From positions 128,001-192,000 of the forward strand of contig CBDCNP010000001.1 of NCBI GenBank assembly GCA_965219415.1: a stretch of DNA of 64,000 nt, given 5' to 3'. The stretch comes from Candidatus Marinacidobacterales bacterium (lineage in GTDB: Bacteria; Acidobacteriota; Vicinamibacteria; Marinacidobacterales; DATDRI01). The notes under the pieces are model-generated. The model worked only from the letters and a program-made list of their open reading frames with translations. It did no database searches and had not been told where the DNA came from. The position numbers and the translations under genes are program-made. This document shows positions 52,060-62,864 of the stretch, in pieces. The stretch's first letter is position 1. The number at the start of each line of letters is the position of its first letter.

Positions 52060-53181
52060 TTAGCCGTCGACCTCGACTTCCATGGATTGGAGCTCACGCA
52101 AAATCGTCTCCACCTTCTCGGCGGGCAGGCTGTGTCGCTCTGCCACTTCCTCGATCTGTTGCATCTTGATGCGGCGAGGAGAAAGGGGCACCGTCGGCTC
52201 GAAGTCCTTGTCTCGGATCTGGAGTGAGACCACATCCCACCGACTGTAATGTCCCATGCAATCGAAGACGTTCTTGGCCACGATGCGATCGGCAAGATCC
52301 AAGTCGGCGACCACCAGCTCCTCGCGATTGAAAACCGGCTCCGCTGCGTAGGCGCCGAACGGGTTCACGATCGCGCTGCCACCCATAGCCCACTTCCAGC
52401 TCGCGGTCTTCTTATAGGGGAAGTCGTCCGGCACCGAGTCCTCCGGCAGGTAGAGGCTGGCACTGACCACGAAGGTCTGAGTCTCGAAGGCGTATTCCCG
52501 TATCGCGCAGTCCTGATCGGAAGCGTGGAGCGGTCCCTCGGAGCCCGTCATGTCCCGCACCGAATTTCCCTTTCCGCCATAGCTCCACCAGCCCGGCCAA
52601 ACCGCGGCGTGTACCTCCTCCCCCTTGATGGCCATCGCAGCCTTCAAGAGAGTCATGTGGTTCTCGAAACAAATAAGCCCGCCTAGTCGACCAAAGCTGG
52701 TATCGAAGACTCGCAGGTCGGATGCGTCACCCCGCCCCCAAAAAAAGCGCTCTTGATGTGTGGGCATGAGCTTGCGATGGCGGCCTAGAATCTCGCCATC
52801 GGAGCCGATGAATAGAAGCGTGTTGTACAAAGTCGCCGAGCCCGCACGGTCATCCTGTTCGTTGAGGCCGATGACCGCGACCACCCCGGCGCTCGCCGCC
52901 GCCCGACACAGAACGTCGGTCTCTGGACTGGGTATGCGGACCGACTGCTCGTAGAAGTCGACCACCGTATCTTTCCAAAGCACCGCCGAGTCGGGTGACG
53001 TGTAGCCGAAGTTGTTTCGCCAATACGGGTAGGTCGGGATCCCGGTCTCGGGCGTCACCAGAAGTTTCACGCCCTGTCGTCCCGCCTCAACGATGGTCTC
53101 TGCGTACTTCTCCACAGACTCCCGTTTCTTCATGAAGACGGGCGAGATTTGTGCTGCTGCAACGCGAAGAGGTCTTTTCAT
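52060..53181 (-). CDS. Nitrilase (carbon-nitrogen hydrolase)
   Basis: PE..IP.YP, HRKL.PT..ER and GGLICFEN triad motifs, D..GHYSR. Confidence 0.93.
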   Translation of the reverse strand: MKRPLRVAAAQISPVFMKKRESVEKYAETIVEAGRQGVKLLVTPETGIPTYPYWRNNFGYTSPDSAVLWKDTVVDFYEQSVRIPSPETDVLCRAAASAGVVAVIGLNEQDDRAGSATLYNTLLFIGSDGEILGRHRKLMPTHQERFFWGRGDASDLRVFDTSFGRLGGLICFENHMTLLKAAMAIKGEEVHAAVWPGWWSYGGKGNSVRDMTGSEGPLHASDQDCAIREYAFETQTFVVSASLYLPEDSVPDDFPYKKTASWKWAMGGSAIVNPFGAYAAEPVFNREELVVADLDLADRIVAKNVFDCMGHYSRWDVVSLQIRDKDFEPTVPLSPRRIKMQQIEEVAERHSLPAEKVETILRELQSMEVEVDG

Positions 53182-53186
53182 GATTT

Positions 53187-53308
53187 AGTCCCGCGAGGCT
53201 CCTCGCCTCGCGGGCGCCCTCGCTCTTCCATCAATGGCGCGGGGCCCCACCCCCACGCCTCATGCTCCGTCGCTCCGCGACTGCGCACGGGCTCAAGGCT
53301 GCGCTCGC
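53187..53308. repeat. Intergenic GC-rich palindromic (REP-like) element
   Basis: CCCGCGAGGC/GCCTCGCGGG hairpin plus further imperfect hairpins. Confidence 0.5.
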
Positions 53309-56212
53309 TCACGGGTCGGTGCCTGGCTCGTAGGTCTCCATGGGCGGGCAGGTGCACATCAGATTGCGATCCCCATAGGCGTTATCAATGCGGGCAACCG
53401 GAGGCCAGAACTTGTGCTCCCGAATCCAAGGCGCGGGGAAGGCTGCTTGCTCGCGGGTGTAGGGACGGTCCCAATCGTCCGCCGTCACGGCGCGCGAGGT
53501 GTGGGGGGCCTTCTTGAGCACGTTGTTCTCACGCTCGGCGCGGCCTTCTTCGATCGCACGGACCTCTTCGCGGATTCCGATGAGAGCATCGCAATAGCGA
53601 TCCAACTCGACTTTGGACTCGCTCTCGGTGGGCTCGATCATGAGCGTCCCCGGAACCGGCCAGGACATGGTCGGCGCATGGAATCCGTAATCCATCAGGC
53701 GCTTGGCGATGTCTTCGACCTCGACACCGGCACTTTTCTTGAAGGGACGGCCATCAATGATGAACTCGTGCGCCACGCGACCGTTCTTCCCGGTGTACAG
53801 GATTCCGTAGTGCTCTTCGAGACGCTTGGCCATGTAGTTCGCGTTCAAGATCGCGACTTGCGTCGCCTTGGTCAATCCCTTAGCACCCATCAGGGCGATA
53901 TACGCCCAAGAGATCGGCAAAATGCTGGGGCTCCCATAAGGAGCCTCGGAGACAGGGCCGATCGCTTGCTCTCCCCCGACGTTCGCCATGGGATGTCCCG
54001 GCAGAAACGGCGCGATGTGCTTCTGAACACAGATCGGCCCCATTCCAGGCCCGCCGCCGCCGTGTGGAATGCAAAACGTTTTGTGGAGATTCAGATGACA
54101 GACGTCGGCACCCATGTCGCCCGGTCGCGTCAATCCGACTTGAGCGTTCATGTTCGCACCGTCCATGTAAACTTGACCGCCGTGCCTATGCACGATCTCG
54201 CAGACCTCGCGGATGCTTTCCTCGAAGACACCATGCGTCGATGGATAGGTGACCATCAACGCGCCGAGCGACTCGGCGTGTTGCGAAGCCTTGGCCTTCA
54301 GATCACCGACGTCAATGTTGCCGCGGTCGTCGCATGCCACCGGAACCACCTTGAAGCCAGCCATCACCGCACTCGCTGGATTGGTTCCGTGCGCCGACGC
54401 CGGTATCAAACAAATGTTCCGATCTCCATCACCGCGGCTCTTGTGGTAGGCATGGATAACCAGGAGACCCGCATACTCACCTTGTGAGCCCGCGTTAGGC
54501 TGCAACGACACAGCGCCGAGACCGGTGATCTCGGCCAGCCACTTCTCGAGCTGATCGAAGAGCTCCGCGTAGCCCTCCGCTTGATCGGCGGGCGCGAACG
54601 GGTGCAAGCCGGAAAACCCCGGCCAGGTGATGGGAGTCATCTCGGTGGTACCGTTGAGCTTCATCGTGCAAGAGCCGAGGGGAATCATCGACGTGGTCAT
54701 CGACAAGTCCCTGGCCTGAAGTCGGTGGATGTATCGCAATATCTCGTGCTCGGAGTGAAATCGGTGGAAGACCTGGTGGGTCATGAAAGCGCTGCTGCGC
54801 ACCAAGTTGGCCGGAGGCGCGGGGTCGATATCATCGGCGAGGTCCCCGATGGTGAACGGGATCGTGTCCGAGCTCGAAAACACTTCGAACAGCGCCGACA
54901 AGTCATGGGTCGTCGTCGTCTCGTCGAGGGAGACGCCGAGCGATCCGTCTTCGAAGCGGCGCAGGTTCATATGGCGGGCGCGCGCCGCTTGATGAATCCT
55001 TTCGGAACGCTCAGGCGGCAACGCTACCTTCAAGGTATCGAAGAATGGTCCGCCACCCACATCGAGCCCCAGGCGCTCGAGCCCACGGGCGAGTATCGCG
55101 GTCAAAGCCTGAACCCGACGAGCGATTCGCGAAAGCCCTTCCGGCCCGTGATAAACCGCGTACATGCTGGCCAGGATCGCAGGGAGAACCTGCGCGGTAC
55201 AGATGTTGCTCGTCGCCCGGTCCCGGCGGATGTGCTGCTCGCGCGTCTGAAGAGCCAATCGAAAACCTGATTGTCCGTCGGCATCTTGCGAAACGCCCAC
55301 GATGCGCCCTGGCACCCGGCGCGCGTACTCTTCACGAGTCGAGAGAAACGCCGCATGCGGCCCGCCGAATCCGAGCGGGACACCGAAACGTTGGGTCGAG
55401 CCGACAGCGATGTCGGCGCCGAGCTCTCCCGGCGGGCGGATAAGGGTCAGCGCCAAGAGGTCGGTCGCTACAACTACGGTGGCGTTTCCAGCATGTGCAC
55501 GCGCGATGACTTCGGAGTAGTCCGAAATCACTCCGTCCGTCGCCGGGTACTGGAGGAGTACGCCAAAGAGCTCGGGATCACCGAAGTCGGCATCTCCCGG
55601 AGATCCCACCTGGATCCGAATGCCCAGAGGTAAGCCACGCGTCTCGAGCAGCGCGATCGTCTGAGGATGGCAACTCTCGGCAACGAAGAAGACCTTTTGC
55701 TTGGCACCATGAATGGCCAGGCACATGCTCATCGCTTCCGCTGCTGCCGTCGCCTCGTCCAGCAAGGAGGCGTTGGCCAACGGCAGCCCGGTGAGATCGG
55801 CGACCATGGTTTGGAAATTCAGAAGCGCTTCCAGTCGTCCCTGCGCGATCTCCGACTGATACGGTGTGTACTGAGTGTACCAGCCTGGATTCTCCAAGAT
55901 GTTTCGCTGGATGACGGGTGGTGTGATGCAATCGTAAAAGCCCATCCCCAGGAACGAGCGGAACACCCGATTGCGATCCGCCATCCGGCGCATCTCGCCC
56001 TGGAGCTCGTACTCGCCTCGCTCCTCGGGGATATTCAGGGGGGCTCGAAGGCGGATACTCTCTGGAATCGTGGCGTCGATCAGATCCTCGAGCGAGGAGA
56101 CACCCAACGTCCCCAACATCGCCTCGACGTCTTTGTCGCTCGGGCCGATGTGCCGCCGGGCGAACGTATCAATCGTGCCAAGTAGATCTTTCGCTTTCGA
56201 GGCCTTGATCAT
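53309..56212 (-). CDS. gcvP: Glycine dehydrogenase (decarboxylating), P protein
   Basis: [37 protein letters not shown] and HLNLHKTF motifs. Confidence 0.98.
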   Translation of the reverse strand: MIKASKAKDLLGTIDTFARRHIGPSDKDVEAMLGTLGVSSLEDLIDATIPESIRLRAPLNIPEERGEYELQGEMRRMADRNRVFRSFLGMGFYDCITPPVIQRNILENPGWYTQYTPYQSEIAQGRLEALLNFQTMVADLTGLPLANASLLDEATAAAEAMSMCLAIHGAKQKVFFVAESCHPQTIALLETRGLPLGIRIQVGSPGDADFGDPELFGVLLQYPATDGVISDYSEVIARAHAGNATVVVATDLLALTLIRPPGELGADIAVGSTQRFGVPLGFGGPHAAFLSTREEYARRVPGRIVGVSQDADGQSGFRLALQTREQHIRRDRATSNICTAQVLPAILASMYAVYHGPEGLSRIARRVQALTAILARGLERLGLDVGGGPFFDTLKVALPPERSERIHQAARARHMNLRRFEDGSLGVSLDETTTTHDLSALFEVFSSSDTIPFTIGDLADDIDPAPPANLVRSSAFMTHQVFHRFHSEHEILRYIHRLQARDLSMTTSMIPLGSCTMKLNGTTEMTPITWPGFSGLHPFAPADQAEGYAELFDQLEKWLAEITGLGAVSLQPNAGSQGEYAGLLVIHAYHKSRGDGDRNICLIPASAHGTNPASAVMAGFKVVPVACDDRGNIDVGDLKAKASQHAESLGALMVTYPSTHGVFEESIREVCEIVHRHGGQVYMDGANMNAQVGLTRPGDMGADVCHLNLHKTFCIPHGGGGPGMGPICVQKHIAPFLPGHPMANVGGEQAIGPVSEAPYGSPSILPISWAYIALMGAKGLTKATQVAILNANYMAKRLEEHYGILYTGKNGRVAHEFIIDGRPFKKSAGVEVEDIAKRLMDYGFHAPTMSWPVPGTLMIEPTESESKVELDRYCDALIGIREEVRAIEEGRAERENNVLKKAPHTSRAVTADDWDRPYTREQAAFPAPWIREHKFWPPVARIDNAYGDRNLMCTCPPMETYEPGTDP

Positions 56213-56231
56213 CTACCGCACTCCGCCAAGC

Positions 56232-56621
56232 TCAATCCGCTCCCTCCTTGTCGACAAGCTCCTGGTACTGCGTCGCTGTGAGCAACTTACCAAGCTCCAT
56301 CGCTTCATCGACTTTGATGATCATGAGCCAGGAATTCCCGTGGGGATCTTTGTTCACCATCTCCGGTGAGTCCACCACGCTTTGGTTGACGTCCACGACT
56401 TCTCCCCCCACCGGGCTGAAGAGCTCGGAGACCGCTTTTACCGACTCGATGGTGCCGAAGACCTCGTTGGCGGTCAACTTGACGCCAACGTCGGGCAGTT
56501 CGACATAGACCACATCACCGAGTTGTTTCTGGGCGTAGTCGGTGATGCCGACGCTGCCACGGTCACCCTCCATCTTGATCCACTCGTGCTCTTTGGAATA
56601 TTGGCGATCGTCAGGGTACAT
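56232..56621 (-). CDS. gcvH: Glycine cleavage system H protein
   Basis: HEW, GITDYAQ..LGD and ESVKA lipoyl motif. Confidence 0.98.
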   Translation of the reverse strand: MYPDDRQYSKEHEWIKMEGDRGSVGITDYAQKQLGDVVYVELPDVGVKLTANEVFGTIESVKAVSELFSPVGGEVVDVNQSVVDSPEMVNKDPHGNSWLMIIKVDEAMELGKLLTATQYQELVDKEGAD

Positions 56622-56687
56622 ATCTGTCTCTCCTAGCCTTGGTCATGAACATCCGCGCATCAATCTCTTCCTATTCTAGTCTTCGCC

Positions 56688-57803
56688 TCAGGTGTCAGCG
56701 CGCACTTTTTTGCGTTTGTAGAAAGGCGTGGGAACCACCCGCGCTCGGACGCGGCGGCCCCGGATCTCCACCTCGAGATCCGTACCATCGGCCCAGGCCG
56801 AAGCCGGCAGATAGCAGAGGCCGATGGCCTTCTTTAAATAGGGAGCGAAACTGCCACTGGTCACAGCACCGGTAGCGTCGCCATCGACGAAAACGGGATA
56901 GCCCTTGCGCGCGATCCCGCGGTCCACCATCTCGAAGCCCACGAGCTTCTGCGAAACACCCTCTTCTTGTTGCCTTGCGAGGACTTCGCGGCCAAGGAAA
57001 TCGCCTTTGTCGAGCTTGATCATCCAACCCAAGTCCGCTTCGAGTACGGTGTGGTCCTCATCGATATCGTTTCCATAGAGCGCCATTTTGGCTTCGAGCC
57101 GCAGCGTGTCGCGCGCTCCCAAGCCGGCAGGCCTTAGCCCCGATGATTGCCCCGCCTCCATCACTTTTTCCCATAGCGCCTCGGCGTGTTCGGCTGGCAC
57201 CAAAAGCTCGAATCCATCTTCGCCCGTGTAGCCGGTGCGAAAGATGGTGACAATGTGTCCGGCGACCTCTCCCCCGACGAAGTTGTAATACTTCAGACCA
57301 TCGAGCTTTTCGGCAGTCAAGGTGGAGAGAATGTCCCGAGCACGCGGCCCCTGGAGGGCGATCAGCGCGTAATCATCACTCACGTTCTTCACTTCGCCTT
57401 CGCCGCGGCGATGAGATTCGATCCAATCGAAGTCCTTTTGAATGTTCGCGGCATTGACGATAGCCAGGTAGCTCGAATCACTCCAACGCGAGATGATCAG
57501 ATCGTCGATGAAACATCCTTCGGGCGTTGTGAGGGCCGAGTAGTGCGCTTTTCCCATTGTGAGACGCGATACGTCGTTGGGTGTTAACCGTTGTAGGAGC
57601 TCCAGAGCTCCCGATCCTTCGAAAAGGAACTCGCCCATGTGGCTCACGTCGAACAACCCAGCGGCGTTACGAACCGCAAGATGCTCATCGACGAGGGCGC
57701 CGTAATCCACCGGCATGTCCCAGCCGGCGAAATCCACCAGCCGTGCATTCAGCTGTCGATGTACGGAGCAAAGGGGCGTTCTCTGCGGCGGGGAGCTAGG
57801 CAT
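56688..57803 (-). CDS. gcvT: Glycine cleavage system aminomethyltransferase T
   Basis: FAGW.MP, GLFDVSHMG, RTGYTGEDGFE and GLGARDTLRLEA motifs. Confidence 0.98.
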   Translation of the reverse strand: MPSSPPQRTPLCSVHRQLNARLVDFAGWDMPVDYGALVDEHLAVRNAAGLFDVSHMGEFLFEGSGALELLQRLTPNDVSRLTMGKAHYSALTTPEGCFIDDLIISRWSDSSYLAIVNAANIQKDFDWIESHRRGEGEVKNVSDDYALIALQGPRARDILSTLTAEKLDGLKYYNFVGGEVAGHIVTIFRTGYTGEDGFELLVPAEHAEALWEKVMEAGQSSGLRPAGLGARDTLRLEAKMALYGNDIDEDHTVLEADLGWMIKLDKGDFLGREVLARQQEEGVSQKLVGFEMVDRGIARKGYPVFVDGDATGAVTSGSFAPYLKKAIGLCYLPASAWADGTDLEVEIRGRRVRARVVPTPFYKRKKVRADT

Positions 57804-57979
57804 TCATACCGTTGGGGCAATAAAAATGAAATGGCCGGCCCGAATTGACCTCGCTACGGGCGGCCACGCTATCATAGGGCTCTTCACGGTGTCAAGGAAA
57901 CCCTTGCCTTGCGTGGGCAAAGCTTCTTATAATAGAGGAGGTTAGGGCGTCCCCTTATAGTTAGTATTTCCAGGGCAAA

Positions 57980-59584
57980 ATGGCCAAAGTCAGCCAAGCA
58001 TACGTCGTTCGCTGCTGGAACTGTCTGAACGATTTCGAGGCGATCGAAGCCGTTTGGTGCAACTGCGATCCCCGCAAACCCAGCAAGCTGTGCCCGTTCT
58101 GCCTTCAATGCTTTTGCCCCGCTGACGACAATTACAAAACCAACTTCTGGGACCTGGCACCCGAGGCGCTGAAGGAAGAGGTCGCGCTCCTCGAACGGAG
58201 CCAGGATCGCTTGGGTGAGATCCTCGTCCGCAACCAGAAACTCACGACCCCCGAGCTGCTCCGCGCCCTGGTGGAGCAGAAACGGACCGGGGACCTGCTG
58301 GGCAAGATCCTGGTCCAGAAGGGGTGGGTGAGCCAGAACGATATCGAGGAGGGGCTCCGCTACCAGGGCTACAAGCCGCTCGTCGATACGGACGGCGGCG
58401 AGGTCCATGCGACACCGGGCGCGGACCAATCGGTTCCCCAGGAAACACTGAACTACCTTCTTACGCTCGGTGCGAAAAAGGGTGCTTCCGACATCCATAT
58501 CGAGCCCGCCGGCGATGAGCTGGGGGTCAAGTTTAGAATCGATGGGTACTTCTACAAGCTGAAGCCGCTTCCGAGGACCGCCCTCGAGCCGTTGTCGGCA
58601 AAGATCGGCTCGCTATTTCGCCTCGATCCGACCCGCGATGGAGTACCCCAAAAGGGTCGGGCCGTGACGCAGCTCATGGAGCGCGAATACGACCTTCTCG
58701 CTCAGACTCTTCCGACTCAAAAGGGAACCAGCACAACGATAAAGCTCGTCGACCGCCGTTTCTTCCTGAAGAACTTCACCGCGCTAGGACTAACCCCGGC
58801 GAACCAGCTGTTCTTGGTCCGGGCGATGGACGCTTCCGCCGGCCTGATACTCGTCTCTTCGCCTCCGTTCAACGGTGCCATGACGACGTGCTACTCGCTC
58901 ATGGACCATTTGGCCAAGTCGGAACGCAAGGTCGTAAGTCTCGAACCGTCCATTCAGTGGCAGGTTCCTTACGTCAACCAGATAGAAGTAAACGAAGAAC
59001 GAGGATTCGGTTTCCCCGAGGCGATGCGCTCTGTCACAACCGTAAAGCCCGACGTACTTTTCGCACTGGACTTGTCGGATCGGCCAATCGCCACACAAGT
59101 CTGTCAGCTCGCCACTTCGGTACTCGTAATCGCTACACTACCCGCATTCAACGCGGTAGAGGCTCTCTGGCGACTCTACGAGTACGGCGTGCCGCCGTCC
59201 GTTATCTCCCGGTCGCTGTCTTTGGTCATGAACCAACGATTGGTTCGACGCATTTGTACGAACTGCCGCGAAGGAGGAAATCTGGCCGACCCGAAAAAAC
59301 TCGCCCCTCATGGCGTCAGTGAAGAGGAGGTCGCCGGCGTAAGGCTCTATCGCGGCAAGGGCTGCGCAGCCTGTAACCGCATTGGCTATCGGCGTCGCAA
59401 GGGAATCTTCGAGGTTATGATTGTCGACGAAGAGATGAGGCGGCTCCTCGCCAAGCGACCTGCCCTCCCGGGCATCGAGGCCGCAGCGCGGCAATCCGGC
59501 ATGGAGTCGCTACGCGAGCGGGCCCTCCGCGATGTGTCCGACGGCATTACCTCCATCGACGAGTTCATTCGTTGGAGACTCTGA
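57980..59584 (+). CDS. GspE/PilB-like protein with N-terminal Cys cluster, MshEN-like motifs and degenerate ATPase motifs
   Basis: GASDIHIEP, FRIDG, QRLVRRIC..C, GKGC..C...GY..R.GIFE and RLGEILV motifs. Confidence 0.88.
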   Translation: MAKVSQAYVVRCWNCLNDFEAIEAVWCNCDPRKPSKLCPFCLQCFCPADDNYKTNFWDLAPEALKEEVALLERSQDRLGEILVRNQKLTTPELLRALVEQKRTGDLLGKILVQKGWVSQNDIEEGLRYQGYKPLVDTDGGEVHATPGADQSVPQETLNYLLTLGAKKGASDIHIEPAGDELGVKFRIDGYFYKLKPLPRTALEPLSAKIGSLFRLDPTRDGVPQKGRAVTQLMEREYDLLAQTLPTQKGTSTTIKLVDRRFFLKNFTALGLTPANQLFLVRAMDASAGLILVSSPPFNGAMTTCYSLMDHLAKSERKVVSLEPSIQWQVPYVNQIEVNEERGFGFPEAMRSVTTVKPDVLFALDLSDRPIATQVCQLATSVLVIATLPAFNAVEALWRLYEYGVPPSVISRSLSLVMNQRLVRRICTNCREGGNLADPKKLAPHGVSEEEVAGVRLYRGKGCAACNRIGYRRRKGIFEVMIVDEEMRRLLAKRPALPGIEAAARQSGMESLRERALRDVSDGITSIDEFIRWRL

Positions 59585-59587
59585 GCG

Positions 59588-60184
59588 GTGAAGATCGCTT
59601 TCATCGGCACGCACGGAGTCGGAAAGACCACCCTCTGCTATCACCTGGCGGGGATTCTCAAGAAGAAGCTTCCTAGCGTCGATATCGTCAAGGAGGTCGC
59701 GCGCGCCTGTCCCTTGCCGATCAATCGCGACACGAACTTGGCGGCCCAGTCCTGGATTCTTCACTCGCAGATTGCGATGGAGATGGCAGCCCAGGATCAA
59801 CACCATACGGTGATCTGCGACCGGAGCGTTCTCGACAACTATGCCTACCTCGTGCACGCGGAGGGAGCGCATCCGGTGCTCGATCAGCTCGTGACCTACT
59901 GGATGGAGACCTACGATTTTCTCTTCAAAGTCCCGGTGGGTTTCGTACTGCAACAAGACGGTGTGCGCGACACGGACACCGAGTTTCAACTCGAGATCGA
60001 CCGGCTGGTTGGCGATATGCTCAACGAGCGGGGGCTGCGTTATTACAACCTTTCAGGTAGCAACCGTGAAATATGGATCGCCTTCGTCGTCGGCGTCGTC
60101 GAACGAGGCGATTCTTCACCAAAGTCCACCACGGCGCTCGGCGCCCCACGCCAAATGTCGCTGCCCATGACGAATGACGGGTGA
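59588..60184 (+). CDS. P-loop NTPase (AAA_28/NadR-like nucleotide kinase fold)
   Basis: IGTHGVGKTT, E.AR, CDRS..D..AY and DGVR motifs. Confidence 0.85.
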   Translation: MKIAFIGTHGVGKTTLCYHLAGILKKKLPSVDIVKEVARACPLPINRDTNLAAQSWILHSQIAMEMAAQDQHHTVICDRSVLDNYAYLVHAEGAHPVLDQLVTYWMETYDFLFKVPVGFVLQQDGVRDTDTEFQLEIDRLVGDMLNERGLRYYNLSGSNREIWIAFVVGVVERGDSSPKSTTALGAPRQMSLPMTNDG

Positions 60185-60331
60185 GTCAGACCGAGAACCG
60201 ACTCCGGGCAGCGAACCTCCCAAACTCTACAAAACTTTACATAGCCGACAAACTCCTGAAACCACGAGTGGCTAGTTTTGGGGAGTGAGGATCGCAATGG
60301 AGCGAGGCCTCACGAACAAAGGAGCCACAAA

Positions 60332-60862
60332 ATGAGTCCCGAGAATAAACATGAGGTTAAGCGCAAACACCGCTCGACAGGGTTCTGGGTATTCGTCCTG
60401 ATCGCCGGGCTCGTGGGCGCGGTCCTGGTAGGAGGGGCGTTCGTTTCGACACAGGCCTCCGGCTTTTTCGGCCACTCCGGTCACGAGCGCCGGGGACACT
60501 TCACCAGAGATCCGGAAATGGCTCGCCAGCACGCCGAGTTCGCGGCGTCCTGGGTGCTGGGCCGTATCGATATGCCACCGACGACCAGAAGGAGCAAGTA
60601 CAGGCGATCGTCGGCAACGGTGTCGAGGACCTTGTCGCGCTCGCACAACGGCGTGGGGAGAATCACGAGGCCTGGCGAGCTGAGCTCTCCAAACCCACCA
60701 TCGGATCGGGTCGCGCTCGAACAGCTTCGGACAGAGGGAATCGAGCTCGCCGATACCGCTTCGACCCGGCTGGTAGAGGCCCTCGCCGATGCGGCCGAAG
60801 TACTGACACCAGAGCAGCGGGCCGAGCTCATGGAAATGGCCGACCGCTTTCACGAGCGCTAG
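60332..60862 (+). CDS. Spy/CpxP-like periplasmic protein (internal frameshifts)
   Basis: Signal anchor, DR.ALE.LR and VLTPEQR motifs. Confidence 0.75.
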   Translation: MSPENKHEVKRKHRSTGFWVFVLIAGLVGAVLVGGAFVSTQASGFFGHSGHERRGHFTRDPEMARQHAEFAASWVLGRIDMPPTTRRSKYRRSSATVSRTLSRSHNGVGRITRPGELSSPNPPSDRVALEQLRTEGIELADTASTRLVEALADAAEVLTPEQRAELMEMADRFHER

Positions 60863-60887
60863 AGTGGGTTGCTGTCATCGATCAATC

Positions 60888-60910
60888 TGGGGGGCCGCAA
60901 GCGGCCCCCC
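60888..60910 (+). terminator. GC hairpin after the Spy/CpxP-like gene
   Basis: GGGGGCCGC-AA-GCGGCCCCC. Confidence 0.55.
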
Positions 60911-60933
60911 GGATTCCGGCTCTGAAGCCAGGA

Positions 60934-61746
60934 GTGTGCGGTGGGGTCGGCGCCTATCCGATCGCCCGGCGCATCACACGCCGCGTGGAGCGGCTCCAAA
61001 GCCGTGTGGACGAGCTGGGGGCGGGAGACCTCTCGGCGCGCGTTACGGTGGAAGGGAACGATGAAGTGGCCAGCCTCGCGCGAAGTTTCAATCAGGCCGC
61101 CGATCGGATCGAGCGCCTGGTCAACGCGCAACGCCATACCTTGGTTAGCGCGTCTCATGAGCTTCGCTCGCCGCTCGCACGTATGCGAATCGCCGTCGAG
61201 CTCTTGGGCGACGGTGATCGCCCGGATGTGCGTGCTCGGATCACGAAGGACATCGCCGAGCTCGATGGGTTCATCGAGGAGCTGCTGCTCGCAAGCCGCC
61301 TGGACGCTCTGGATCACCTCGAAAAAACGGAAGAGGTCGATCTCCTGGCGCTATTGGCCGAGGAGGGAACCCGTGTGGAGGCGTCGATCACCGGTGAGCC
61401 GGTTCGCATCCAAGGGGACGCGCGCATGCTCCGGCGCCTCATCCGTAACCTCCTCGAGAACGCACGGCGCTACGCCGAGGGTTCTCCCGTCGAAGCCTCG
61501 GTCGCTCCAATGAGAAGCGGCGCCCGCCTACTCATCGAGGATCGAGGGCCCGGGGTTCCAGCCGAGGAGCGGGAAAACATCTTCAAACCGTTTTACCGAC
61601 CACCCGGCATGCGAGAGACCGCTGAGGGTGGTGTAGGACTTGGGCTCGCGCTGGTCCGACAAATCGCGCATCGCCACGAAGGAGAAGCGCGCTGCCTCCC
61701 ACGGGAGGGCGGTGGCACTCGCTTCGAAGTGACCCTGCGGACCTAG
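60934..61746 (+). pseudogene. HAMP histidine kinase lacking its N-terminal sensor region
   Basis: HAMP, SHELRSPL, NLLENA, D.GPG, F.PFYR and GLGL motifs. Begins mid-TM and has no cognate regulator. Confidence 0.8.
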
Positions 61747-61769
61747 AGAACCGGCAGTCTCGTCCACGC

Positions 61770-62124
61770 CTAGAAAGGCGGCACTAATGGGTCTTCAGAA
61801 GAGTCGGGCGACGAGTCGGGCTCCGTTCGCTTCGCGTCGCTAGAATTTCCCCCCGCGAGCTCACCCTCTTTCCACCGCTTGTAACTCTCGAGAAGGTCGG
61901 CGAGCAAGCGATCGCTGATCTCTGGGCTCTCGAACGTGACCTGTTTCCAGTATCTCTGTTCGCCGTTGACCCTCACCGGCTTCGAAGGAACGGCCGCGAA
62001 CACTCCGTTCGCGCCGTCGACCACTCGGAATCCGCGGACGATAACAACCTTCACCAACCGTGACGTCGGCGAAAGCCAGAATCTTGGTATCTCTCCCCTT
62101 CGGAAAACTGAATTCAACCTTCAT
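61770..62124 (-). CDS. SpoVG-family protein (frameshift near 62050)
   Basis: ILAFADV, then I.RGFRVVDG.NG.F...PS. Confidence 0.75.
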
Positions 62125-62151
62125 GTCATCCCTCCATTTCTTCTTGTTGAC

Positions 62152-62749
62152 TCAAAAACCCTTTAAGGCAGATGGCTCCCATCGGCCGGCTCGGTATCGG
62201 GCCAAGCGGACCCGTCCCGATGTACCGAGGACGATCACCGCATAGATAAATCCCTGCTCGTTGCTGAGAAAGAGCGTTCCGCTGGTCGAAGTGCCGATCG
62301 GCGAGAACGACAGAATCCTGCCTCGGCCGAACCGAAGCGGTGGAAAGCTGGGCTGCTCCCGAGCGCTTGCAGTACCGGCAGTACTTGGCGGACTCCCGTA
62401 CCGAACGCCGGAGAAGTAATCGCTGAGCCTCCAATAGTCTCGGATCCTTCGATCCACCCCAGATCGGATATCCGCGCGACGTACTCCGTTGCTGTTTCCA
62501 TTCGATGTAGAGGGAAAGCACCGGCTCTCTTTCGACCTCATCGAATACGATCGCGGTGTAGCGACCCTTTGCGGCGGCCTCAGATCGGACCTGGCGGATG
62601 AGCCCCCTGAAGTAGTACGCCGCCCCACGGAGCCGGTACTCCTTCGCCAAATCCCAACCTCGAGGAATCGACAGCCCGGCCACAATCGTCATGAGTAGAA
62701 CCACGATCATCAACTCCAACAACGTGTAGGCCGATTCGTTCGGACGCAT
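62152..62749 (-). CDS. Prepilin-type (GspH/FimT-like) protein (frameshift near 62500)
   Basis: AYTLLEL N-terminal methylation motif. SFSP.GTSTSGT.FL and GRVR in the second frame. Confidence 0.82.
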
Positions 62750-62864
62750 GGTTTGGTGCTCCCGTAAATAAGGACTGGCCCCGAGGTGTGTTACTGGGGG
62801 CCTTCCGTTACTCCCGGTGAGGATGGTTCAGCACCCCGGGACCAGCCCTCTGGTCCTACGCTCC

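Noticed and set aside
57804-57900. Glycine riboswitch upstream of gcvT
   Set aside because: The leader is too short and lacks the GGAGA/CCGAAG/CTCAGG aptamer motifs.
12170-62500. Programmed frameshifting as the explanation for split genes
   Set aside because: The shifts are numerous, occur in unrelated families and often lie at short homopolymers, so sequencing error or decay is more parsimonious.
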